Below, in pieces: positions 54,463 to 61,858 of a stretch of DNA of 64,000 bases. The notes under the pieces are model-generated. The model made no database searches and had not been told where the DNA came from. It was given only the letters and a program-made list of their open reading frames with translations. Source of the stretch: an uncultured Acidobacteriota bacterium. GTDB lineage: Bacteria; Acidobacteriota; Vicinamibacteria; Vicinamibacterales; CAVVIG01. Location of the stretch: NCBI GenBank assembly GCA_963712905.1, contig CAVQJU010000014.1, positions 49,261 to 113,260 of the forward strand. The letters are read 5' to 3'. Made by a program: the position numbers and the translations under genes. The number at the start of each line of letters is the position of its first letter. Within the stretch, counting starts at the first letter, position 1.

Positions 54463-54646
54463 ACGCGACCAGCCCCACCTTTTCGCCTAATCCGTCTATT
54501 TGATCACTTGACGCCTCGTCAAGTGTCAGGTACCTTCGGAGCATCCCTCGCGCCTCTGCGGACGGCCTCCCAGCTCCTCCGCGCGGTTCCTGCGTTTGTC
54601 TGTACGGAGCAACTCATCGGTTGCTCCACCTAACGGAGGTTTGTTC

Positions 54647-55276
54647 ATGAAATGGGTTTTGTTTGTCATGGCTGCCATGCTGGCCCTCGGCACGGCCTCG
54701 GCGGCCCGGGCGCAGGGTCTGGTTGTCGGTCCGTACGCGGAGTTCCAGTCCGGTTTTACCGTCGGCTCGACCGTGGGGGGCCTGTTCGGGGGCGAAGCGG
54801 GGTTCAGCGCCAATACGTTCGACATCTATTTCGAAGGCGGCAAGATGTTGAATACGAAGAGCTCGGAGATGGACGCCGCCGCCGCGACGATTGCGGCGTC
54901 CCTCGGCGCGACGTTCGAGGCGAGCCAGCCGACCAACTACTTCGACATCGGGTTCTGGTACAAGTTTCCGACGACGGGAAAATATCAGCCGTACGCAGGC
55001 ATCGGCCTCGGCAGCGCGGGCGTCACGCGCGAGACCAAGTTTTTCGACGCGAGTGGCAAAGACATCACGGGCGACCTCCTGTCGATGGGCGTCCAGCTCG
55101 GCGGCGACCTGCAGGGCAGCGAACGGGGATTTCTGTTTACCGTCGGCGGCGGCGCGCGGATTGGCCTGACTGGACAACTGTTCGCGGACGTGTCGTACCG
55201 GTACGGACACGTCTCCATCTCGTCGGGTGGCGTGAACACGAATCGCATCCAGTTCGGGATCGGCGCCCACTTCTAG
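54647..55276 (+). CDS. outer-membrane beta-barrel protein (OmpA-like barrel/porin family)
   Basis: ACGGAGG lies 8 nt before ATG 54647. Signal peptide ...ASAARAQ, alternating beta pattern and a C-terminal aromatic residue (GIGAHF). Confidence 0.65.
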   Translation: MKWVLFVMAAMLALGTASAARAQGLVVGPYAEFQSGFTVGSTVGGLFGGEAGFSANTFDIYFEGGKMLNTKSSEMDAAAATIAASLGATFEASQPTNYFDIGFWYKFPTTGKYQPYAGIGLGSAGVTRETKFFDASGKDITGDLLSMGVQLGGDLQGSERGFLFTVGGGARIGLTGQLFADVSYRYGHVSISSGGVNTNRIQFGIGAHF

Positions 55277-55315
55277 CATCTGGTGTTCGTTAATCTTTTC
55301 CCGCGGTAGGAGCAC

Positions 55316-56635
55316 ATGAAGCAGACAGCCATCGTCATGAGTACGGTCGTACTCATCGCCGCCAGCGTAGCGTGCAGCACGCCGGCGAACCCATCGGCCG
55401 CCAAGGCCGAATCGACTGCAGCCGCGTCCGCGGCGTCCCAGGCGGCGAGCGAGGAAGCCGCGGCGGGGAGAGTGGTGACCGACGCGCTGTCCGGCGTGTC
55501 GTTGACGGCCCCGGCGCCGTCCACGCCAACCGAGGGCCAGGCGTTCAAGTACGCGGAGCAGCCGCTGACGCTCGTCGTGAAGAACGCCGTCACGACCGGC
55601 GCCACCCCGACCTACACCTTCCAGGTGGCCGGGGATGCCGCATTCGGCAGCCTCGTCTTCAACCAGGAGGGCATCGCGCAGGGCGCCGCCACCACGAGCG
55701 TCGCGCTCCCGAAACTCGCGGGCGCGAAGACGTACTTCTGGCGCGCGCGCGCCACGAGCGGCAGCACCGTCGGCCTCTTCTCCGCGGGGCGCAGCTTCAA
55801 CGTCGGCCCTGAGGTCGTTCTGCAGGCGCCCGTGCTGGCATCGCCCGGATCGGGCGCGGCCATCTCCGGCACGATCAGCATGGTCACGAACAACGTGCAG
55901 CGTTCCGGACCGGTCACGGCGATCACGTACCGATTCGACCTGTCCAACACGACGGCGTTCAGCCCCGCGCTCGCGTCGGCGGTCGTTCCCGAGCAGCAGG
56001 GGGCGAGCACGTCGTGGTCGCCGAACGTGACGCTGGGCGCCGGGACGTATTACTGGCGCGTGCAGGCCTTCGACAACGCGAGCGGCGTCTCGTCGCCCGT
56101 CTCGAACGTCCTGGCCTTCTCATACCAGCCGTTCGACCTGCATCAGGCGACGATGGTCAGCTCGCCGCAGGACTTCGCCAACTGGGGGGAAACGGCGAAG
56201 ATCACGAGCGTCCAGTTCTTCGGAGATTCGTTCTGGGTGGACTTCGACCGGCGGACCGGGCCGGGCCGCTGGCCCGACGTGCCGTTCGGCGACGGGAGCC
56301 TCGAGTACACGCTCGGGATGTGCATCAACAAGGACGGCCACTGGTACTGCTCGGCCGTGGTCCAGTTCTGGTTCGAGCGCGATCTCAGCGCGTCGGGCGT
56401 CCCCAGCCACGTCAACTTCGAGTGGTTCTATGACTACGCGCGCTGGGGACCGATGACGGGCTACCAGCCGCAGGAAGGCGAGACCGTCGGGATCTTCGTG
56501 TGCGCCGGCGACTGCCGCAACAACGACGCCGGCGACCGGTCGTATGTGAAGGAACGGTCGAACGTGGCGTTCGTGCCGTGGTCGAACTCCGGCAACGGCT
56601 ACTTCACCTTCGCGAACGGCCGCCGGACGAAGTAG
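55316..56635 (+). CDS. hypothetical lipoprotein with two Ig-like repeats and a conserved Cys/Trp-rich C-terminal domain
   Basis: Lipobox IAASVAC and two repeats ending TYFWRARA / TYYWRVQA. The C-terminal domain carries WPDVPFGDG, WYCSAVVQFW and CAGDC. Confidence 0.6.
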   Translation: MKQTAIVMSTVVLIAASVACSTPANPSAAKAESTAAASAASQAASEEAAAGRVVTDALSGVSLTAPAPSTPTEGQAFKYAEQPLTLVVKNAVTTGATPTYTFQVAGDAAFGSLVFNQEGIAQGAATTSVALPKLAGAKTYFWRARATSGSTVGLFSAGRSFNVGPEVVLQAPVLASPGSGAAISGTISMVTNNVQRSGPVTAITYRFDLSNTTAFSPALASAVVPEQQGASTSWSPNVTLGAGTYYWRVQAFDNASGVSSPVSNVLAFSYQPFDLHQATMVSSPQDFANWGETAKITSVQFFGDSFWVDFDRRTGPGRWPDVPFGDGSLEYTLGMCINKDGHWYCSAVVQFWFERDLSASGVPSHVNFEWFYDYARWGPMTGYQPQEGETVGIFVCAGDCRNNDAGDRSYVKERSNVAFVPWSNSGNGYFTFANGRRTK

Positions 56636-56655
56636 ACGCGTCCGGGAGCACTTCA

Positions 56656-56695
56656 GGCGGAAGCGAGCACGCGCTCGCTTCCGCCGTTTTCTTTT
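56656..56695 (+). terminator. rho-independent terminator
   Basis: Perfect 13-bp stem GGCGGAAGCGAGC-acgc-GCTCGCTTCCGCC followed by GTTTTCTTTT, 20 nt after the stop at 56635. Confidence 0.75.
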
Positions 56696-56703
56696 GGGGT
56701 GAC

Positions 56704-56753
56704 GTAGCGCGGGGCTTTCAGCCCCGCGGACGCGGCCCTGAAAGGGCCGCGCT
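56704..56753. repeat. REPIN-like doublet of GC hairpins
   Basis: gtagcgcggggctttcagccccgcg then gac then gcggccctgaaagggccgcgct, in inverted orientation. Sits between convergent gene ends. Confidence 0.8.
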
Positions 56754-56760
56754 CCTTCAG

Positions 56761-57702
56761 TCAGCGGTGCCAGACTGGCGAGAAGCGGACGAGCATCTCG
56801 TACGCCGCGCGCCGGTTCGTCTCGGCGTTCGGGTGGGCATCGAACGGGCTGACCCACATCGTGCGCGGGTCCTTCACCCTGGAGAACGCGGGCAGCAGGT
56901 CGAGGCACGGGATCTGCTCCTCGGCGCACAGCGCGGCAACGCGTTCGTGAAGAAACGCAAACGGGTAGCCCGACCCGTTCGGGCCCATTGCGTCGGTCGC
57001 GGGGAACAGCACGATGCCGCTCCGCACGCCGGTGCGGCGCGCACGGCGGACGAACTCGCGGAGAAGGCCGAAGGCCGTCCGGGAATTCGGTGAATTCGGA
57101 TCGCTCAGGTTGCGCGTGAGGTACCGCTCGTAGCTCTCGACGAGACCGAGCTCCTGCTGCAGCCGCGTCCATTGGATGCCGAGCAGATCGTAGAGCATCG
57201 ACGCGGGCTCGAGGCGGCGGTCGAGCGGCTCGGGCAGAAGGGGACGAGGGCGTGGACGTTCCATCTCCTCCGTCTCGAACGCCGTCAGGTACAGCTGCAG
57301 CAGGACGAAGTCCGGCGAAATAGACAGGGACTTTGCCAGCTGTTTCATGTGATCGTGTGCGCCGGGCTCCCCGAAGTTGAATACCTCGTAGCGGGCGCCA
57401 AGCAACTCGCCGAGCCGATCCGAAAACCGCTCGTGCGCGGCCAGGCCCTGGCCCCACGCGATCGAATCGCCCACCACCGCAATCCGGTAGCGCTCCTGCT
57501 GCTTGTCGGGAATCTCTCGATCACGGAACCCGAGACCATTGACCTGAATCTCCGGACCACGCGCGTGCCGGCCGATGAAGTCTCCCGCGTTGCCGCTCGA
57601 GGCCGCCGTGCGGTACGCCAGGCGCGCGATGTGCTCCGCGCCGACGACGGCGGCGGCGATCACGAGGGTCCGGAAAACGATCCGCAGCGCGTCAGTCGCC
57701 AT
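56761..57702 (-). CDS. membrane-anchored SGNH/GDSL hydrolase (DltD/AlgX-role candidate)
   Basis: N-terminal TM (IVFRTLVIAAAVVGA), block I VVGDSIAWGQG, block V FDAHPN. 11-nt overlap with the upstream gene. Confidence 0.8.
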   Translation of the reverse strand: MATDALRIVFRTLVIAAAVVGAEHIARLAYRTAASSGNAGDFIGRHARGPEIQVNGLGFRDREIPDKQQERYRIAVVGDSIAWGQGLAAHERFSDRLGELLGARYEVFNFGEPGAHDHMKQLAKSLSISPDFVLLQLYLTAFETEEMERPRPRPLLPEPLDRRLEPASMLYDLLGIQWTRLQQELGLVESYERYLTRNLSDPNSPNSRTAFGLLREFVRRARRTGVRSGIVLFPATDAMGPNGSGYPFAFLHERVAALCAEEQIPCLDLLPAFSRVKDPRTMWVSPFDAHPNAETNRRAAYEMLVRFSPVWHR

Positions 57703-58639
57703 GGGCCGCCACGCGTCCCGGCGGTTCGCTCAGCACTTTGATAGCTTCGGACAGGCAGATGAGCTCGTTGTCCTCTTCGCGCCGCATCTCGTAGCGGAAC
57801 CCGATCTTCGCCGTCTCCGTGTCGCGCCGGAACACACGCACGCGCGTGTGGATGCGGTCACTGGTGGACGCGTTCCCGAAGTACGCGATGCGCCGCTGCT
57901 GGATGACGCGCACTGTCCTCGGCCCGGCGGCGGACGCCGATGGCATCGCCTCCATGGTTTGACGCTCCGCGCGGTTCATGAACGCCACGTAGTTCGCGAA
58001 GTAGACGATGCCGGCGCCGTTGGTGTCGCGATCGATGTCGATGGCGTGGACCACATCCGGGCTCGCGTGATCGCGGTCTTCGGTCCAGCCGTCGAGCAGG
58101 CCGAGATCCAGCGTTTCCTTCGCCTGCCTCGTCATCTGGTACGGGTTCTCGTCGTTCGGCAGCAGGGCCAGACCTGAGAAATCGACGCCTGCCGGGCTCG
58201 CCACCTTCAGCCGGCTGTTTCCGCCCTCCGGGGTGATGAAGATCGTCGCCATCCGGACGTAGGGAAAGGTCATCCTGTCCGGAGTCGAGATCCGGGTGGG
58301 GGCCGTGGCCAGCCAGTCTTCGAGCCGCGCTACCCGATCGAAGACCGTTTCGCTTTCGACCGCGATGCCCTTGAAGCCTCTCAGGAAGACCGCGAATGCC
58401 AGCCTGTCGTCGAGCTGAAAGGTGTTCGGCAGCGCGTGGTCCGGGAATTGTTCTTCGATGTAGTAGAACGTGGCGTAGATCTCCTGCCCGCCCACCGTCC
58501 GCAGCGCGGACATGGGCGTGTTCACGGCTCGTGCGAGCGAGGACCAGTGGCAGTGCCCGACCTGCATCAGGAGGAGGTGCTCTGCGAGCCCCAGGTAATT
58601 CGTCTGGGCCATCCCCAGCACCAGGTCGTACCGGTCCAT
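57692..58639 (-). CDS. double hot-dog fold protein, LnmK-like acyltransferase/decarboxylase candidate
   Basis: Start ATG 58639 shares one nt with the ACP stop (TGATG). N-terminal half is VLGMAQTNYLGLAEHLLLMQVGHCHWSSLA...IYATFYYIE. The second half is 4HBT-like (NGAGIVYFANYVAFMNRAE). The family call is from memory of LnmK-family text. Confidence 0.55.
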   Translation of the reverse strand: MDRYDLVLGMAQTNYLGLAEHLLLMQVGHCHWSSLARAVNTPMSALRTVGGQEIYATFYYIEEQFPDHALPNTFQLDDRLAFAVFLRGFKGIAVESETVFDRVARLEDWLATAPTRISTPDRMTFPYVRMATIFITPEGGNSRLKVASPAGVDFSGLALLPNDENPYQMTRQAKETLDLGLLDGWTEDRDHASPDVVHAIDIDRDTNGAGIVYFANYVAFMNRAERQTMEAMPSASAAGPRTVRVIQQRRIAYFGNASTSDRIHTRVRVFRRDTETAKIGFRYEMRREEDNELICLSEAIKVLSEPPGRVAAHGD

Positions 58640-58902
58640 CAGAGGCCTCCGGACGTGCCTGAGATCGTCGCCACGAGACTCGCGACCTTGCGGACCGTGT
58701 CGAAGTCGCGAACTTCGAAGCGGTTCACGTCGATGTCGATGGCGAAGGCGTCCTCGAGAAAGGCGATCAGCTCGAGCACGCCGAACGAATCGACGATCCC
58801 GCTCGTGAACAGCGGCGTGTCGTCGTCGAACTGGCGTCCGCCCGACCTGGGCTTGAACTTCGTCTCGATGAACGTCCGGATTCGGTCGTCGGTTGCAGTC
58901 AT
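58639..58902 (-). CDS. acyl carrier protein (DltC-like carrier)
   Basis: 87 aa with phosphopantetheine site in LFTSGIVDSFGVLELIAFLE. Confidence 0.8.
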   Translation of the reverse strand: MTATDDRIRTFIETKFKPRSGGRQFDDDTPLFTSGIVDSFGVLELIAFLEDAFAIDIDVNRFEVRDFDTVRKVASLVATISGTSGGL

Positions 58903-58920
58903 TGGTCTCTGGTCGATTCC

Positions 58921-58965
58921 GTAGGGCGGCCCTTTCAGGGCCGCCGCGGGCCTGAAAGGCCCGCG
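58921..58965. repeat. REPIN-like doublet inside the operon (between MBOAT and ACP genes)
   Basis: gtagggcggccctttcagggccgcc then gcgggcctgaaaggcccgcgctac. GTAG head and CTAC tail with two inverted hairpins. Confidence 0.85.
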
Positions 58966-60117
58966 CTACATGAACAGCATCAGCCGCAGGGTCCGGACGG
59001 CGTGCGGCACGTCCATCCGGAAAAACACCAATCCTATCGTAACCAGCGCGAAGGTGAGGGCGACGCCGCCAGCCGACGCCAGGCGCGAGCGATACAGGCG
59101 GCTCGTCGCCACGGAGTCGGGAAGCCACGCTTTGTAGAAATGGAACAACGTCACGAGCACGCCGTGATAGGCGCCCCACACGAGGAAGTTGATCGCCAGG
59201 CCATGCCACGCGCCGACCACGAGAAATGTCGCGAAGTAGCTCGCGGTCGCGATCACGCCCGGGCGACGCCGCAACGGAGTTGTGAACAGTTGGCGGCCAA
59301 CGGTGGAGAACACGTAGTCGCGAACCCAGGTGGACAAGCTCATGTGCCAGCGGTTCCAGAAATCCTGGATGTTCGTGCTCAGATAGGGCCAGTTGAAGTT
59401 CTCGGGTACGCGAATGCCCATCACGCGAGAGACGCCGATCGCGAAATCCGAATAGGCGCTGAAGTCCATGTAGAGGGCGAGCGAGTAGGCGGCCATCGCC
59501 TTCCACGCCAGCTCAGGCGTCGTCGCGGCATCGGCCGTCGCCGCCACGCCGTTCAGCAGGTCGGCAAGCACGACTTTCTTGAAGAGTCCCGCGAGAATGC
59601 GGAAGCAGCCGATGTAGACGTCTTTGGACGACCCGTTCGCCGAAGCGACCGAGGCGGTGAAGTCGGCGTACCGCTTGATAGGACCGGCGACGCGGCACGG
59701 GAAGAAGAAGACGAAGGCCGCCAGGTTCGCCAGGGAACGGTCCTTGATGCGGCCCCGGCTGCGCTCCACCATGTAGTGAATCAGCTCGAGGGCGAGATAC
59801 GAAAAGCCGAGCGGCACGAGCGGGCTGTCGCCAAGAGGCACGAGCGCGGCGCTGGCCGCCGTCAGGCCCCCAGGCCGCTTGAAGTAGGCGAGGAGGCCGA
59901 CGATCAGCGCGATGCCGGCCCACTTGGCGCGCTGGCCGACGCAGACATACGCCACGAGCACCAGGCCGGCGACCAGCCAGAGCGCCTGCGGTGCAAACAG
60001 CGCGTAGAACGCGACACCCCATACGGCGAGCGTGTGCGAGCGGAATCGTGCCGGCGCGATGGACAGCGTGATCCAGCACAAGGCCACCAGTACAACGAAT
60101 CGCGGTTCGATGAACAC
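58966..60117 (-). CDS. MBOAT-family membrane O-acyltransferase (DltB/AlgI-like)
   Basis: 383 aa, polytopic, with the signature FWNRWHMSLSTWVRDYVF carrying the catalytic His, and a later WHG. Confidence 0.9.
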   Translation of the reverse strand: MFIEPRFVVLVALCWITLSIAPARFRSHTLAVWGVAFYALFAPQALWLVAGLVLVAYVCVGQRAKWAGIALIVGLLAYFKRPGGLTAASAALVPLGDSPLVPLGFSYLALELIHYMVERSRGRIKDRSLANLAAFVFFFPCRVAGPIKRYADFTASVASANGSSKDVYIGCFRILAGLFKKVVLADLLNGVAATADAATTPELAWKAMAAYSLALYMDFSAYSDFAIGVSRVMGIRVPENFNWPYLSTNIQDFWNRWHMSLSTWVRDYVFSTVGRQLFTTPLRRRPGVIATASYFATFLVVGAWHGLAINFLVWGAYHGVLVTLFHFYKAWLPDSVATSRLYRSRLASAGGVALTFALVTIGLVFFRMDVPHAVRTLRLMLFM

Positions 60118-60135
60118 GTCAGGGGAGCGGGCTGC

Positions 60136-60294
60136 CTAGAACCGGGCGTAGACGAAGGGACCAACCCCTCGGCCTTCGAACGACACCAGCAGGAATGCGA
60201 GCAGGACCAGCACGACGGCGATCGCCGCCAGCGCGAAGTCCTTTTCGAGCCACAGGAAGGCGCGAACATCGCGCCAGGTCGGTCGCATAGCCAT
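60136..60294 (-). CDS. small membrane peptide with C-terminal FxYxxF motif (DltX-like acyl-shuttle candidate)
   Basis: Absent from the ORF track. Reads MAMRPTWRDVRAFLWLEKDFALAAIAVVLVLLAFLLVSFEGRGVGPFVYARF*. It has one TM, high third-position GC like neighbouring genes, and its stop lies 18 nt before the MBOAT start. Confidence 0.5.
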   Translation of the reverse strand: MAMRPTWRDVRAFLWLEKDFALAAIAVVLVLLAFLLVSFEGRGVGPFVYARF

Positions 60295-60343
60295 GTGCGA
60301 TTTCCGCTGCGATTCTATCGCACGTTTACCTGTTTTGACCCTG

Positions 60344-60379
60344 TACGAAACGTGCTTCGTGATCTTCGTGTCTTCGTGG
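60344..60379 (-). repeat. CACGAAG-heptad repeat, solo arm
   Basis: The minus strand reads ccacgaagacacgaagatcacgaagcacg directly after the stop at 60380..60382. No matching opposite arm is nearby. Confidence 0.75.
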
Positions 60380-61858
60380 TTAGGGTTGCGGAGGCTGGAC
60401 GCACCAGGACGCGACCTGCGGTCCGCCCGTGCACGGGATACGAGGGAGGTTGTAGGCGTGCGCGTCGTTCTCGTCCACGCGCCGCTGGTAGTCGGGAATC
60501 CTGACGAGGTCGACCGATGCCACGATCACCCGTTCGCGCGACAGGAAGTCGATTGCGTAGGCGTCCCAGTAGATGGCGCGGGCGTATCGGATCTGATGGC
60601 TCACGAGGTAGTCGGCGATCTCGCGGTGCTCGTTCGACGGCGGCTCGCTGATCGATGCCCGCAGCAATCTCACGTTGCCGGCGAGGTTGACGGCGCCCCA
60701 CAACGCGAACACGGCCGGCACGGCCGTGCGAAGCAGGCGCGACCGCTCACGCGACATGAAGGCGCCGAAACATCCGACAGGCAGCAACAGCCCCAGCAGG
60801 ATGTAGCGGAGCAGCGGCGGCTGCCCGGGGATGATGTTGCATGACAGCGGGTACGCGGCGGCGCTGAACGCGCCGACGAGGCCGAGGTAGACGAAGAAGG
60901 CCTCGCCGGCCCCCAGCCGCGGTTGTCGGTACCACGACCACGCGAGGCGCGCGATCATGCCGCCGAGCACGAGGGCCAGCACCCAGCCAACGGCCGCCGA
61001 ACCGTCAGTCACAGGAGTGTTCATCCGGAAGTCCAGCAGGCGCGTGAACGTGCCGCCGTACAGAACTGGCAGCGCCTGCGTGAACACGGTGGCCGCGCGC
61101 GGCACGAGCTCGGCCGGCGCGAAGCACATCTGGCCGGCGAGCGATGCCGCCTGCAGGCCGAGCGACGCACCGGCTTGATACAGCTTGATCGCGTCCACGG
61201 CGAGCCAGACGACGCCGAAGCCGACGCCCATAATCGCGGCGCGCCGGAGGTTGGCCGCGTCCCATTCGCCTCCGCCGGCGGCTTCGACCGCCAGAAGGGC
61301 CGGCACGGCGAAGACGGTGAACTCGCGGTGCAGGAACGCGACCGCGAGCACGGCGCCGAACGCGAACGGACGCTGGCGCAAGCGCCACAGCAGGAGGATG
61401 TAGATGAACGGCTCCACGCACGCCCCGGCCGTCTCGAGGAGCTGGCTCGCCGCGACCGGGGCCGGCATGATGAACGGCAGCGCGCCGGCGAGCGCGACCA
61501 GGGGCCGCACGCCGAGCCGGCGTCCGATCGCCGTCACGAGCCAGACGGCCGCGACGACGTTGAGGAGGACGAGCGGCACGCGCATGACGGCGACCGACGG
61601 CCTGGCAATCCAGAAAAACGGTGCGATGAGCCACGATTCGACGCCGAGGATGTAGTTGAGACCGTCGTAGAAGAGCGGGAAGCCCTCGAAGGCGCTGAGG
61701 CGCCGCGCCATCAGGCCGATGATGGCCTGGTCGGAATCGAAGTAGAACCCTTCGTAGACGGTCGGAACGACGCTGCGCAGCAGCACCAGGACGGCGGCGC
61801 CGGCGATCACCAGGAGTTGTTCCCGGCTCAGACCGTTTGTTCCGTGCGGGCCTTTCAA
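60380..61858 (-). CDS. GT-C-type polytopic membrane glycosyltransferase-like protein (ArnT/PMT-like) with C-terminal soluble domain
   Basis: Only the last ~492 codons of track ORF 60380..63523 read as protein. About 11 hydrophobic segments, first-loop acidic motif YFDSDQAI. TTG 61858 is in a TTGA overlap with the upstream stop; GTG 61810 is an alternative start. Confidence 0.6.
   Translation of the reverse strand: MKGPHGTNGLSREQLLVIAGAAVLVLLRSVVPTVYEGFYFDSDQAIIGLMARRLSAFEGFPLFYDGLNYILGVESWLIAPFFWIARPSVAVMRVPLVLLNVVAAVWLVTAIGRRLGVRPLVALAGALPFIMPAPVAASQLLETAGACVEPFIYILLLWRLRQRPFAFGAVLAVAFLHREFTVFAVPALLAVEAAGGGEWDAANLRRAAIMGVGFGVVWLAVDAIKLYQAGASLGLQAASLAGQMCFAPAELVPRAATVFTQALPVLYGGTFTRLLDFRMNTPVTDGSAAVGWVLALVLGGMIARLAWSWYRQPRLGAGEAFFVYLGLVGAFSAAAYPLSCNIIPGQPPLLRYILLGLLLPVGCFGAFMSRERSRLLRTAVPAVFALWGAVNLAGNVRLLRASISEPPSNEHREIADYLVSHQIRYARAIYWDAYAIDFLSRERVIVASVDLVRIPDYQRRVDENDAHAYNLPRIPCTGGPQVASWCVQPPQP

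Noticed and set aside
54505-54525. Perfect 9-bp hairpin CACTTGACG-cct-CGTCAAGTG downstream of csp, considered as a terminator
   Set aside because: No U-tract follows on either strand. It could still be a processing or protein-binding site, but it is not callable as an intrinsic terminator.
58640-59506. Upstream extension of track ORF 57692..59506 (604 aa)
   Set aside because: It overlaps the ACP and MBOAT genes out of frame. Protein-like text starts at MDRYDLVLG (ATG 58639), directly after the ACP stop.
60312-60317. TAGAAT (minus strand) as the -10 box for the acylation operon
   Set aside because: There is no acceptable -35 at 16-18 nt, and it would leave only about a 10-nt leader before the small ORF. 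The promoter consensus for this lineage is also unknown.
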